From sequence record NC_049825.1: DNA of 49,530 nt, one strand, 5' to 3'. Below, piece by piece: positions 27,364 to 37,330 of this stretch (positions are counted from its first letter, which is position 1; every line of letters begins with the position of its first letter). Source of the stretch: Escherichia phage grams. The translations under genes and the position numbers were made by a program. Below the pieces are notes generated by a model. The model was given only the letters and a program-made list of their open reading frames with translations, did no database searches and was not told the origin of the DNA.

Positions 27364-30300
27364 ATGGCTGAAAATATGATAACTGGCAGTAAGGGTGGAT
27401 CATCAAAACCTTATGTTCCAAAAGAGATGGAAGATAACCTGATCTCAATCAATAAAATCAAAATCCTTCTTGCAGTTTCCGATGGCGAGTGCGATCCAGA
27501 TTTTACACTTCGCGATCTGTATCTTGATGATGTTCCGGTAATTGCAGACGACGGAACTGTTAACTACCAGGGTGTGAGCGCAGAGTTTCGCCCAGGCACA
27601 CAGACTCAAGATTACATCCAGGGATTTACTGACACATCAAGCGAAGTGACGCTGGCGCGTGATATTACTACGTCAAATCCTTATGTGATTTCCGTAACCA
27701 ACAAAACATTATCTGCTATCAGAATCAAAATGCTAATGCCAACAGGCATTAAGCAAGAGGATAACGGCGATCTTGTCGGCGTTAAGGTTACTTATGCTGT
27801 TGATATGGCTGTTGACGGAGACTCCTACAAAGAAGTATTGCGAGACACTATCGAAGGTAAAACTCGTTCCGGTTACGACAGAAGCAGAAGGATTGACCTT
27901 CCGTCATTCAATGATCGCGTATTACTTAGGGTTAGAAGGATTACGGCAGACAGCGCATCTTCTCGTGTTACTGATCTGATTAAGCTACAAAGTTACGCTG
28001 AGGTTATTGATGCAAAATTCCGTTATCCTCTGACTGGTCTTGTATACGTTGAATTTGACAGTGAGTTGTTTCCTAACCAGATCCCAAATATTTCAATCAA
28101 GAAAAAGTGGAAACTGATTAATGTACCAAGCAACTATGATCCTGTATCTCGAGAGTATAGAGGTTCATGGGATGGAACATTCAAAAAAGCCTGGTCAAAT
28201 AATCCAGCATGGGTGCTTTACGACATCATTACAAATCAGCGTTATGGATTAGATCAGAGAGAGCTTGGTGTACAGGTTGATAAGTGGAGTCTTTACGAAG
28301 CTGCGCAATACTGCGATCAGAAAGTTCCAGACGGAAAAGGAGGCACAGAGCCACGCTATCTATGTGATGTTGTTATCCAGAGTCAGATTGAGGCTTATCA
28401 GCTTATTCGTGACATTTGCTCTATCTTCCGTGGAATGAGCTTTTGGAATGGCGAGAGTTTGTCAATCGTTATTGATAAACCACGCGATCCATCTTACATC
28501 TTCACAAATGATAACGTTGTTGATGGTGATTTCCAGTATACGACGGCAAGCGAAAAGAGCATGTACACGCAGTGCAACGTGACGTTCGACGACGAACAAA
28601 ACATGTATCAACAGGACGTAGAGGGCGTATTCGACACCGAGGCAGCATTGCGCTTTGGATACAATCCTACAAGCATAACCGCGATCGGATGTACACGCAG
28701 GAGTGAGGCTAATCGGCGCGGTCGATGGATACTAAAAACCAACTTGCGCAGCACTACGGTAAACTTTGCTACTGGACTGGAAGGCATGATCCCATCAATA
28801 GGTGATGTGATTGCTATTGCTGACAATTTTCACAGCAGCAACCTTAAATTAAACCTATCAGGGCGCGTGATGGAAGTTTCCGGCTTGCAGGTGTTCGTTC
28901 CGTTTAAGATTGACGCGCGACCAGGTGATTTCATTATCATCAACAAGCCGGACGGAAAGCCAGTTAAGCGCACAATCTCAAAAGTAAGCGATGACGGAAA
29001 AACCATTGAGCTAAACATTGGGTTTGGGTTTGAAGTTAAGCCGGATACAGTTTTTGCAATCGACCGCACTGACATTGCGTTGCAGCAATATGTTGTAACG
29101 AGTATCGGAAAAGGTGATGATGATGATGAATTTACATACTCCATCACGGCTGTTGAATATGACCCTAACAAATACGACGAGATTGATTACGGAGTAAACA
29201 TTGACGACAGGCCAACTTCAATTGTCCAGCCTGACACGATGGCAGCACCGGAAAACGTGCAAATATCCTCATACTCGCGAATTGTCCAGGGTGCAAGCGT
29301 TGAAACAATGGTTGTGTCGTGGGATAAAGTACCTTACGCATCACTGTATGAAATGCAATGGCGAAAAGGTGATGGCAACTGGCTGAATACACCACAGACC
29401 GCAAACAAAGAAATTGAGGTTGAAGGTATTTATTCAGGAAACTACCAGGTAAGGGTTAGATCTGTTTCTGCTTCAGGTTCTACGTCTCCGTGGTCCAGAA
29501 TTGTGACAGCTTCACTGACTGGTAAGGTAGGAGAGCCAGGCGCGCCAGTTAACTTAACCGCATCCGACAATGAAGTTTTTGGCATTCGTGTTAAGTGGGG
29601 GATGCCAGAAGGGAGCGGAGACACGGCATACATTGAGCTTCATCAGTCGCCAGATGGAACGGCTGAAAACTCAAGCCTGCTAACGCTGATCCCGTATCCA
29701 CAATATGAATACTGGCATGGAACTCTTCCGGCTGGTCATGTTGTATGGTATCGGATCAGGAGCGTAGACAGGATCGGCAACGTTTCCGGTTGGACTGATT
29801 TTGTTAGAGGTATGGCTTCAGATGATGTGGAGGCTGTTTTAGGAGATATTCTTGATAAGATTTTTGATACTGAAGCAGGTCAGGATCTGAAAGAGAACGC
29901 CATTGACAGTGCAAACAAGATAAAGGACCAGGCGCAAGCAATCATCCAGAATGCTCTTGCTAATGATGCTGATATTAAGTGGACGCGAGTACAAAACGGA
30001 AAGAGAAAGGCTGAATATGGTCACGCTCTTGAGCTTATAGCCACAGAGACTGAGGCACGAGTTACGCAGATTGAAGAATTGAGGGCGTCAATCGACGAGG
30101 ATATTGTTTCAAGCATAAAGACAGTGCAGGAGGCTATTGCCACAGAATCTGAAACGCGAGCAACTCAAATAAACGCTTTGGATTCAAAATTTACAACTGA
30201 AATTGACGGTGTAAAACGCGATACAGCAGCAAGCATTAATCAGGTGAATCAAACAATTGCCAACGAATCTGAAGCGAGAGCGCAGGCCGTTAACGCTCTT

Positions 30301-30942
30301 GATGCGAAGTTCACAAAGGAGATCGAAGATTTAAACGGAGTTATTAAGACTGAGGTTGAGGCTAACATCTCTGAAGTGAAACAGGCTATCGCTAACGAGA
30401 CAGAGGCAAGGGTGCAGGCTGACCAGGCGTTAACAGCTAAGTTTGGAGACGTTGAATCTGCATTAGCTCAAAAACTTGATTCATGGGCTGGCGTGTCGTC
30501 TGTTGGTGCTAAATACTCAATGAAACTTGGGTTAACTTACAACGGACAGCAGTACAGCGCAGGCATGATCATGCAGCTTTCGCAGAGTTCATCCGGCCTT
30601 ATCTCGCAGATTTTGTTTGATGCGAACAGGTTCGCCATCATGACAAGTTCGACTGGCGGGGTGTATACGCTGCCTTTCGTGGTGGAAAATAACCAGGTAT
30701 TCATTAACAGCCTGTTAGTGAAAAACGGTTCAATCACCAATGCGATGATCGGTAATTATATTCAGTCGAATAACTTTGTTGCTAATCAGCAGGGGTGGAG
30801 GCTGGATAAAAACGGCAGATTTGAGAACTACGGTTCTACATCTGGAGAAGGGGCCATGAAGTTGACCAACGAAACAATAAGTGTACGAGACGCAAACGGG
30901 CGCTTGCGTGTTCAGATTGGTAGGCTTACTGGTACATGGTAA
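27364..30942 (+). CDS. host specificity / central tail fibre protein (lambda J-like)
   Basis: 1192 aa; size, position after K and I homologues, Ala-rich coiled-coil segment and variable C-terminus. Confidence 0.85.
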   Translation: MAENMITGSKGGSSKPYVPKEMEDNLISINKIKILLAVSDGECDPDFTLRDLYLDDVPVIADDGTVNYQGVSAEFRPGTQTQDYIQGFTDTSSEVTLARDITTSNPYVISVTNKTLSAIRIKMLMPTGIKQEDNGDLVGVKVTYAVDMAVDGDSYKEVLRDTIEGKTRSGYDRSRRIDLPSFNDRVLLRVRRITADSASSRVTDLIKLQSYAEVIDAKFRYPLTGLVYVEFDSELFPNQIPNISIKKKWKLINVPSNYDPVSREYRGSWDGTFKKAWSNNPAWVLYDIITNQRYGLDQRELGVQVDKWSLYEAAQYCDQKVPDGKGGTEPRYLCDVVIQSQIEAYQLIRDICSIFRGMSFWNGESLSIVIDKPRDPSYIFTNDNVVDGDFQYTTASEKSMYTQCNVTFDDEQNMYQQDVEGVFDTEAALRFGYNPTSITAIGCTRRSEANRRGRWILKTNLRSTTVNFATGLEGMIPSIGDVIAIADNFHSSNLKLNLSGRVMEVSGLQVFVPFKIDARPGDFIIINKPDGKPVKRTISKVSDDGKTIELNIGFGFEVKPDTVFAIDRTDIALQQYVVTSIGKGDDDDEFTYSITAVEYDPNKYDEIDYGVNIDDRPTSIVQPDTMAAPENVQISSYSRIVQGASVETMVVSWDKVPYASLYEMQWRKGDGNWLNTPQTANKEIEVEGIYSGNYQVRVRSVSASGSTSPWSRIVTASLTGKVGEPGAPVNLTASDNEVFGIRVKWGMPEGSGDTAYIELHQSPDGTAENSSLLTLIPYPQYEYWHGTLPAGHVVWYRIRSVDRIGNVSGWTDFVRGMASDDVEAVLGDILDKIFDTEAGQDLKENAIDSANKIKDQAQAIIQNALANDADIKWTRVQNGKRKAEYGHALELIATETEARVTQIEELRASIDEDIVSSIKTVQEAIATESETRATQINALDSKFTTEIDGVKRDTAASINQVNQTIANESEARAQAVNALDAKFTKEIEDLNGVIKTEVEANISEVKQAIANETEARVQADQALTAKFGDVESALAQKLDSWAGVSSVGAKYSMKLGLTYNGQQYSAGMIMQLSQSSSGLISQILFDANRFAIMTSSTGGVYTLPFVVENNQVFINSLLVKNGSITNAMIGNYIQSNNFVANQQGWRLDKNGRFENYGSTSGEGAMKLTNETISVRDANGRLRVQIGRLTGTW

Positions 30943-30985
30943 AATCAAAGCGGGGCGATTGCCCCGCATCTATGGAGGTTTAATA

Positions 30986-31291
30986 ATGGCTGAATATGGT
31001 GTTTCAACGTGGGATGCTAACGGGAAGTATAACAACTACGGAATCAAGCCAGTTTCCGTTGTTGGTGTCATCAGCCTTGCCGCTGGTCAGACAAGCGGAT
31101 CGTGGAGCTTTAGCATTCCAAGTGGTTTTAAGGTTGGGTATGTTGTTTCACTTGATGAAGGTGCTAGAGGAGTTGGAAGGGAAATAGTAGCATCTGGAAA
31201 TACAATAAGAATTAGTCCTACATCGTCAATCGGTGCAAATAGATATTCTTCTTCAAAGTGCGAGTTAGTTGTTTTTCTTGAGAGGGTTTAA
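30986..31291 (+). CDS. hypothetical protein (101 aa), paralogue a
   Basis: ATG with RBS GGAGG; N-terminus MAEYGVSTWDANGKY similar to next gene. Confidence 0.5.
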   Translation: MAEYGVSTWDANGKYNNYGIKPVSVVGVISLAAGQTSGSWSFSIPSGFKVGYVVSLDEGARGVGREIVASGNTIRISPTSSIGANRYSSSKCELVVFLERV

Positions 31292-31292
31292 A

Positions 31293-31931
31293 ATGGCTGA
31301 GTATGGAGCGATGTTATCATTATCAAATGGGAATCCATTTGTTACACCAAAATCAACGCCATTTTGCTTATATGGCAAGTACACTTATTCATCTTCAGGC
31401 ACTTCTGCCTACCATAGCGCAAGCGCAAATATACCAGTAAATCAATCTTATCCATGCATGGCATTTATAAAAACAACAAACACACAACAGCCAACTGCAT
31501 TAATAGCTTACAGGAACGGTGGTAACATTTATGTAAACGGAGGCAATCCATACGGGCAATCATTTACAATGACTGTTTATATATTTGCTATATTCCCTCA
31601 AACTCTACCAAAATATGGTATGGCTATATGGGATGCAAGCGGAAAGTTGGTTTTAACTAATGAAAGCAGGGTGCTAACAGACCTTGTGACAATTGGCACT
31701 CCTGGATCTTCAGGTGGGACGAATATAGATCAGACATTATCTGGTTCTTATGCCGTTTGCCCATCAAGGCTTGGTGCGGTTATAGGTATGGGTGCGTCTG
31801 ACATATATACATCATGCAGGTATAATGGTTCAGTCACAAGGATAGGTGCAGCAAGGACAACTCCAGGGACGGGTTCTATAACAAATAACGGAAATTCAAT
31901 AATTGCAATAAAGACTGATATTTACGACTAA
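31293..31931 (+). CDS. hypothetical protein (212 aa), paralogue b
   Basis: N-terminus MAEYG and WDASGK block shared with preceding gene. Confidence 0.5.
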   Translation: MAEYGAMLSLSNGNPFVTPKSTPFCLYGKYTYSSSGTSAYHSASANIPVNQSYPCMAFIKTTNTQQPTALIAYRNGGNIYVNGGNPYGQSFTMTVYIFAIFPQTLPKYGMAIWDASGKLVLTNESRVLTDLVTIGTPGSSGGTNIDQTLSGSYAVCPSRLGAVIGMGASDIYTSCRYNGSVTRIGAARTTPGTGSITNNGNSIIAIKTDIYD

Positions 31932-31936
31932 TGAAA

Positions 31937-31962
31937 AAGGGGCTTTCGCCCCTTTGTTTTTA
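31937..31962. terminator. bidirectional intrinsic terminator
   Basis: AAAAAGGGGCTTTCGCCCCTTTGTTTTT: hairpin flanked by A-run and T-run, between convergent genes. Confidence 0.75.
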
Positions 31963-31963
31963 T

Positions 31964-32191
31964 TTACAGACTGCAATCAGCGTTTTTAAAGTTGTCAATG
32001 CTTACCCACTGAAAATTAAACGGATAGCCAGCCTTAACAAGAGTGCGGTCGCCAACTCGTTTTACTTCAAAAATAGCAACTGAATACTGCATACCGCTAT
32101 TTTCATAAATAGCCGTGCATTCACGTTTAGGCATATTTGCGCAACCAGTCAGGGTTACGGCTGCAATCAAAACGGCGATTAACTTTTTCAT
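31964..32191 (-). CDS. outer-membrane lipoprotein, Cor-like superinfection exclusion candidate
   Basis: 75 aa; signal peptide plus lipobox LTGC; small size, location just after the J gene and opposite orientation. Confidence 0.5.
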   Translation of the reverse strand: MKKLIAVLIAAVTLTGCANMPKRECTAIYENSGMQYSVAIFEVKRVGDRTLVKAGYPFNFQWVSIDNFKNADCSL

Positions 32192-32222
32192 GTTGGTGTC
32201 TCCTTCGTTGTTGTTGGTTGCA

Positions 32223-32267
32223 ACTATACACGATCTTACAGCAGGCGTTTAGCAAAAAGTGCTATTC
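32223..32267 (-). promoter_or_regulatory. conserved 22-bp element plus -10 (TATAGT), leftward
   Basis: GAATAGCACTTTTTGCTAAACG-N17-TATAGT on minus strand, upstream of lipoprotein gene. Confidence 0.5.
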
Positions 32268-32692
32268 TGTTCTTTTTGTTCTCCTGCGTTCTCAAATCTG
32301 CGGAGGCGTAAATTTAGAGCAAAAAGTGAGCAATAACAGAGCGCGATATATACAGATAAATATATATACATACATATAAATCAATAAGTTAGTAGTATAT
32401 ATATTAATGTTTGTTCTTTATTGTTATCTGTGTTTTGTGTGATTTTGTGTGCCTGGTGATTTTTCTGTGATTATGCATGTGTCAGTGGTTATGTGTGTCT
32501 ATATATCTATATCCGGCGCAAATTGAGGAACAAGAGAACAAAAAGACAACAAAGATATTTATCAATCACTTACATGTAAGTTTTGTTATCTAAGTTGGCG
32601 AGAACGTTGTTAAAACAGAAAAAACAAAATAACTATTGACTAAACGCATCAAATAGCTACAATGCAGGCATACCAACCAATGAGGGTAAATC
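32268..32692. repeat. AT-rich non-coding region B (diverged paralogue of 3135..3786)
   Basis: Shares AATCAATAAGTTAGT, GGTGATTTTT, TTTTGTTATCT and GTTGTTAAAAC blocks with region A. Confidence 0.6.
32636..32663 (+). promoter_or_regulatory. canonical sigma70 promoter (candidate early promoter)
   Basis: TTGACT-N16-TACAAT about 30 bp upstream of ATG 32693. Confidence 0.6.
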
Positions 32693-33754
32693 ATGAATAA
32701 GTTTATGGCGTACACCAGCGAAGAAATGAGTAATGAGCTTTATCACGATCCAGAAGCGTGGACGGCTGATTATGTTAGTGGATCAAGCCTGGCCGAGATT
32801 TACAGCACATGCCCGGCGGCGTGGAAGTTCAAGCCTCGTGACGATAAGAGCAAGGCGCTAGTTTTTGGTACACAGTCGCATACCAACTTTGAAAGCAATG
32901 AGCTTTTCGAAAAAACCTATCGACGCGCGCCAGCGCCAGAAGACTTTAAGGATCTGATAACTAGCCAAACTGCGCTTGCCGCAAAACTGAAATCATTTGG
33001 CCTGAAAGGTACAACCGGAAAGACTTATCCAGACCTTATCAAAATGATGGTCGATTGCGGAGAAGACCTTAACGTCATGTGGTTAATCGACATGATCGCA
33101 GAAAGCCAGGCCAGGGCCGACGGAGTGCAGTTAATCGACGCTAAAGACTACGACGCTTGCGTTGCAATGCGCCAGGTTCTGGAATCAATACCTGAACATA
33201 ACGCATGTATGAATAGCAAGACAGCACAACGTGAATTATCGTTGTTCGGTGAAATCAACGGCGTAAAAGTCAAAGTGCGATGCGATCACGTTGACGTAAC
33301 AAAGAACGTAACAGCAACTTTGATTGATGGTTACGATGAAAAAGGTCAACCGATTTGCCGCGATATTATTTATCCAGAGGCGATTGTGATCACTGACTAC
33401 AAAACAACAATGAGCGCTAATCCGGTTGAGTTTATGCGCCTGGCTTACAATCACGGCTATTATTTGAAAATGGCGTTGCAATGTGATTTATTCAGGAAAG
33501 CGTATCCAGAAGAAAAGCGACCTATAGTTGTGCGCCTGTTAGCGCAAGAGAAGAAAGAGCCTTATTTGCCGTTGGCTTTCCGCATGAACAGCGAGCAGTT
33601 GAAGATCGGGCGCATTCAGTACATGAGCGTAATTAACCAGTTTGCCATGTGCCAGCAGCATGACGTTTGGCCTTCGTATTCAAACGGTGAGCCGGAGGTT
33701 TGTCTTGATACTCCTGATTGGGTGCGCCGCCAGTTTAAGCAATATCTTATTTAA
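32693..33754 (+). CDS. PD-(D/E)XK exonuclease (recombination exonuclease candidate)
   Basis: 353 aa; RCDHVD and ITDYKT blocks fit a D...(D/E)xK nuclease core; heads an Erf/SSB module. Confidence 0.55.
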   Translation: MNKFMAYTSEEMSNELYHDPEAWTADYVSGSSLAEIYSTCPAAWKFKPRDDKSKALVFGTQSHTNFESNELFEKTYRRAPAPEDFKDLITSQTALAAKLKSFGLKGTTGKTYPDLIKMMVDCGEDLNVMWLIDMIAESQARADGVQLIDAKDYDACVAMRQVLESIPEHNACMNSKTAQRELSLFGEINGVKVKVRCDHVDVTKNVTATLIDGYDEKGQPICRDIIYPEAIVITDYKTTMSANPVEFMRLAYNHGYYLKMALQCDLFRKAYPEEKRPIVVRLLAQEKKEPYLPLAFRMNSEQLKIGRIQYMSVINQFAMCQQHDVWPSYSNGEPEVCLDTPDWVRRQFKQYLI

Positions 33755-33835
33755 ACAGCACAAATAGCTAAACAAATGAAAAATGCGGTGTTATAATTCA
33801 CCGCATAAGTTAACAACAAGCGTGAGGAAATAAAC

Positions 33836-34114
33836 ATGGAAAACAAACAAGTTTCAGATGTGGCAGTTCATATCAACAATTTTGCAACTGGCATGGCTAT
33901 GTTGCTTCGTGACTTTGTGGCGCCGCTTGATCCAACGGCAGGCGCAGAAGAAATGGAGTACATCAGAAAAGTAATGGATGCAGTCGATAACGTCGTACTT
34001 GTTGCAACAATGAGCGAAGACAACGATGAAGCAGTAAAGGCGGTTAAAGAAAGTACTGATCGCATGATGGAAAATCTGATTAAATTACACACCAAAGAAG
34101 AAACAAAGCATTAA
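33836..34114 (+). CDS. hypothetical protein (92 aa)
   Basis: ORF with RBS GAGGAAA. Confidence 0.5.
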   Translation: MENKQVSDVAVHINNFATGMAMLLRDFVAPLDPTAGAEEMEYIRKVMDAVDNVVLVATMSEDNDEAVKAVKESTDRMMENLIKLHTKEETKH

Positions 34115-34159
34115 CAGCAATAAGGCGGCGAAAGCCGCCATTAATTACGGGAATTAATC

Positions 34160-34816
34160 ATGAAACTATCAGAGCAATTCGACAAGGTTTTACCAGCACT
34201 GCATAAAGCGCGTAGTTTGTTTGTAAAGGTGAAGAAGGATAAGCAAAACACGCACCTCAAAAACCGTTACGCGACACTTGATGCCGTACTTGATGCAATT
34301 ACTCCAGCATTGAATGATAACGAGCTAATGTTGATGCAGGATATGATTGAAAGCGAACAACCTAACCGAATAAAGGTTGAAACTACAGTCCTGCATGTTT
34401 CCGGTCAGTGGGTTAAATTCTATGCTGAATTACCAATAGTTAAAAACGATCCTCAAGGTGTAGGATCTGCATTCACATACGCGCGCCGTTATGCAGCCGC
34501 CGCAGCATTTGGCTTAAGCCAGGCAGACGATGACGCACAGATTGCCGTTAAATCTGCAAACGACTGGAAACGTGACATTGAGAAATGCGAAAGCGTAAAT
34601 GAATTACAAGAAGTGCTTAAATCAGCATGGAAGGCAAGCGATCCGGCAAGCAAGCAGGTAATTAAAGAGCATTACGAAAAACGCAAGGCAGAGCTTGAGA
34701 TAGGCAAAGCACGAGGATTTAATCCAGCGCAACCAAAGCAAAATCTTGCCTCGCCAGAAGTTGACACAAAAAACGACGAGCAAGTAAAATCACAAAGTAT
34801 CACTGATTTTGAATAA
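34160..34816 (+). CDS. Erf-like single-strand annealing protein
   Basis: 218 aa; [14 protein letters not shown] block; location between exonuclease and SSB. Confidence 0.65.
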   Translation: MKLSEQFDKVLPALHKARSLFVKVKKDKQNTHLKNRYATLDAVLDAITPALNDNELMLMQDMIESEQPNRIKVETTVLHVSGQWVKFYAELPIVKNDPQGVGSAFTYARRYAAAAAFGLSQADDDAQIAVKSANDWKRDIEKCESVNELQEVLKSAWKASDPASKQVIKEHYEKRKAELEIGKARGFNPAQPKQNLASPEVDTKNDEQVKSQSITDFE

Positions 34817-34860
34817 TTGACATGGGGCGATTGCGCCCCTTTTTTACAGGAGAATAAATA

Positions 34861-35313
34861 ATGCATATCATTACTGGTGAGATCCGAAAAGAGCCGCGAG
34901 TAAAGCAAATGCCTAACGGCAGCACACTTTATGTGGTTGAACTTTCAGAGCGATACAAAGATAAAGATGGAAACTGGCAATATACAAACTACAGTTTCTT
35001 TTTTAATGCGAAAACTGACGGACTTAATGGTTGGTATGCTGAGGCGTTCCAGGTTGGCAAGGTTATTTCTGTTTCTTGTGACACTCTGCGCATTGAAACG
35101 CGAGAATACAACGGAAAGATGTATTCAAGTTTAATGCCTGGTGGATTTGCAAATCTTATCTTCAGTCAGCGAGGGGAAAGCCAGCAACAATATCAGCAGC
35201 GAACGCAAGGAGGATGGGGCCAACCACAACAACAGAATCAACCGCAACAACCGCAACAGCCAAGACAAAGCAATCAACCTCCTATGGACTTTGACGACGA
35301 CATTCCTTTCTGA
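34861..35313 (+). CDS. ssb: single-stranded DNA-binding protein
   Basis: 150 aa; Gln/Pro-rich linker and acidic C-terminal tail DFDDDIPF. Confidence 0.8.
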   Translation: MHIITGEIRKEPRVKQMPNGSTLYVVELSERYKDKDGNWQYTNYSFFFNAKTDGLNGWYAEAFQVGKVISVSCDTLRIETREYNGKMYSSLMPGGFANLIFSQRGESQQQYQQRTQGGWGQPQQQNQPQQPQQPRQSNQPPMDFDDDIPF

Positions 35314-35317
35314 TCAA

Positions 35318-35345
35318 CAAAGGGGCATTACGCCCCTTTTTCACT
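35318..35345. terminator. bidirectional intrinsic terminator
   Basis: AAAGGGGCATTACGCCCCTTTTT between convergent genes. Confidence 0.7.
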
Positions 35346-35585
35346 TTCAGCCATCCCAAGCACGGCAATCACCTTAACAGCAATTCTCTTTGCAAGTTCA
35401 GTTTGATGAGCGTTAAGTTTTCCAGTGGTCATTATTGACAACATTCCGCTCATACTTCCAAGCCCGTTAAAATCTGACATTGCTGATTTCATTATTGATA
35501 TTGGTGAGTGACCTTCATCAGCTATTGTGTGCGCTCTCTCTGAAAGGTCTTTAACTACCTGATCAATTCCTTCACTTTTCGTCAT
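35328..35585 (-). CDS. hypothetical protein (85 aa)
   Basis: ORF, last gene of leftward operon. Confidence 0.45.
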   Translation of the reverse strand: MTKSEGIDQVVKDLSERAHTIADEGHSPISIMKSAMSDFNGLGSMSGMLSIMTTGKLNAHQTELAKRIAVKVIAVLGMAESEKGA

Positions 35586-36063
35586 TTGCTTTTCCTTCAG
35601 GAGTTGATTGCTGTTCTGGCATTACAGGCCACGGGCTAATTGATTCCCTTTCTGCTACTGGCTTTTCAGGTTCAATTCCTAAAAACTTTCCTACAAACTC
35701 ACCAACAAAATTTGAGCTATCGCTTACATAAACATGCATCCTGTCTAGATCTGCAACAGTAACGCTATTTGGTGCGATCATGATCCTCTGTTGGTGGAAA
35801 CCGATATACATCACATTAGCCGGACGCTCAAGAGTCCCCATATTTGGCGCAATTACGCCCATTATCCAACAATAATGAATGTTGCCATCAAGCGGCTCAC
35901 ATCCAGCGTTAAGCCAGTTTACTTTCTGGTGAGGAAACGCCATTGATGAATCAGTAGCATCACGCCGTAACGACCATTTAACGCCGCCAATCTCAATGAT
36001 TTGTTTCGGCCTCATCCCGTTGAATTGAGTCACGCCAGCGCCATTTTGATTAATGTTTTGCAT
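35572..36063 (-). CDS. hypothetical protein (163 aa)
   Basis: ORF in operon. Confidence 0.5.
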   Translation of the reverse strand: MQNINQNGAGVTQFNGMRPKQIIEIGGVKWSLRRDATDSSMAFPHQKVNWLNAGCEPLDGNIHYCWIMGVIAPNMGTLERPANVMYIGFHQQRIMIAPNSVTVADLDRMHVYVSDSSNFVGEFVGKFLGIEPEKPVAERESISPWPVMPEQQSTPEGKANDEK

Positions 36064-36077
36064 ATCGGTTAACCTTT

Positions 36078-36401
36078 TTACATTGATTTCATTTTACGCA
36101 ATGCGCAGATACAAGCGGCAGCAAGATCGGTTAATTCTTTCTCAATGCCATGATGCGAGCCGTCTGCCTTTTCGGTCATTAGCTCTTTGTATTCCATTTC
36201 TACAATCGACATTAAGCCGCCTGGCTTGTCAATGTGCGCGTCCCAGGTTTTAGGATAGTGCTTAGTTCTTTCCATAACACTTCCCATAACTGAATCATGT
36301 TTGCTATCTCGCTCATAATCATCATCATGATCATCACTCCCGATTGAAACTCGCGGCAAATGAATGCGCGGTATTTTATAGCCAGCATAACGGATCTTCA
36401 T
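36078..36401 (-). CDS. possible MazG-like nucleotide pyrophosphohydrolase
   Basis: 107 aa; paired EEx-EL-like blocks (VEMEYKELMTEK, EKELTDLAAACICALRK); weak. Confidence 0.3.
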   Translation of the reverse strand: MKIRYAGYKIPRIHLPRVSIGSDDHDDDYERDSKHDSVMGSVMERTKHYPKTWDAHIDKPGGLMSIVEMEYKELMTEKADGSHHGIEKELTDLAAACICALRKMKSM

Positions 36402-36450
36402 TATCTCGCCCTCTTGATGAAAAGCGCCCCGAAAGGCGCTTGATTTATTA

Positions 36451-37152
36451 TCAGCCGCAACAGCCAGTAGGCGGAGTCTGAGGAGTAGGCAACTTGAAGT
36501 TTACCAATTGCTCTACCTGGTTGATTTTGCAATTCAGTGCGGCGGTCTGGTTTGCCTGAGAAAGAGCAAAACGAGCCTCCTGCAACTGAGCTTTCATATC
36601 GCAAATCAGAACAGCCTGAGAATCAGCGAACTGTTGACGAATCAGATCTCGCGTTGCGTTACCTTGTCGCTCAATGTTCAGGTTAGTCTCGCAGCAACAT
36701 CTCTCAGCTGCAATCTGTGCCTGATAGGAACGCTCAAGAGCATTAACATCAGCAGCATTAATCGCAGCAACTGTCTGGTTAGTACCGCTAACAATCGCGG
36801 TATTCAGTCCGGCGAAACCTTGCACCGATGCAAGCAGGCTTTGCGTATTCTGGCTGGTAATGCCGTTAAATGTTGATGCGGCGGAGCGCTCAACGGCAAG
36901 GTTTGTGGAGTTTTGGCCTTGCAGAGTTTGCAGTCCTAGGTTGTTTACGCCTGTCTGGATGTTATTAATACCATCAAGAACAGCGTTAGCACCGACAGCA
37001 ACAGCCGCACCATCACCACCATAACCACCACGACCATTAAATCCGTTACCAAACCATGACCCAATCAGGCCGCCAACAGCACCGCCAAGACCAGCCGCGC
37101 CAGCTTCGCCACCAAAACCACCACCAGTAGGGAGTAAAGTCATATCTGACAT
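36451..37152 (-). CDS. glycine-rich, Cys-clustered protein (233 aa)
   Basis: ATG at 37152 with RBS AGAGGA; about 60-residue Gly-rich N-terminus, Gln/Asn/Thr/Ser-rich middle, CCC and CCG clusters near C-terminus. Confidence 0.55.
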   Translation of the reverse strand: MSDMTLLPTGGGFGGEAGAAGLGGAVGGLIGSWFGNGFNGRGGYGGDGAAVAVGANAVLDGINNIQTGVNNLGLQTLQGQNSTNLAVERSAASTFNGITSQNTQSLLASVQGFAGLNTAIVSGTNQTVAAINAADVNALERSYQAQIAAERCCCETNLNIERQGNATRDLIRQQFADSQAVLICDMKAQLQEARFALSQANQTAALNCKINQVEQLVNFKLPTPQTPPTGCCG

Positions 37153-37330
37153 AGTAAATTCCTCTTTGACGTTAAAAAAATTAAAAAAAGTTTGCAACAT
37201 TTATGTTACGACAAAGAGTATGCGCCAAATTACCAGGAATAGATATAAAACATTTGTAAGCGATATGTCAGCAAATGGCATAAAGACGAAAAAAGGCGCA
37301 GCCGTAGCAGCGCCTTGTGATTATTTTTTG

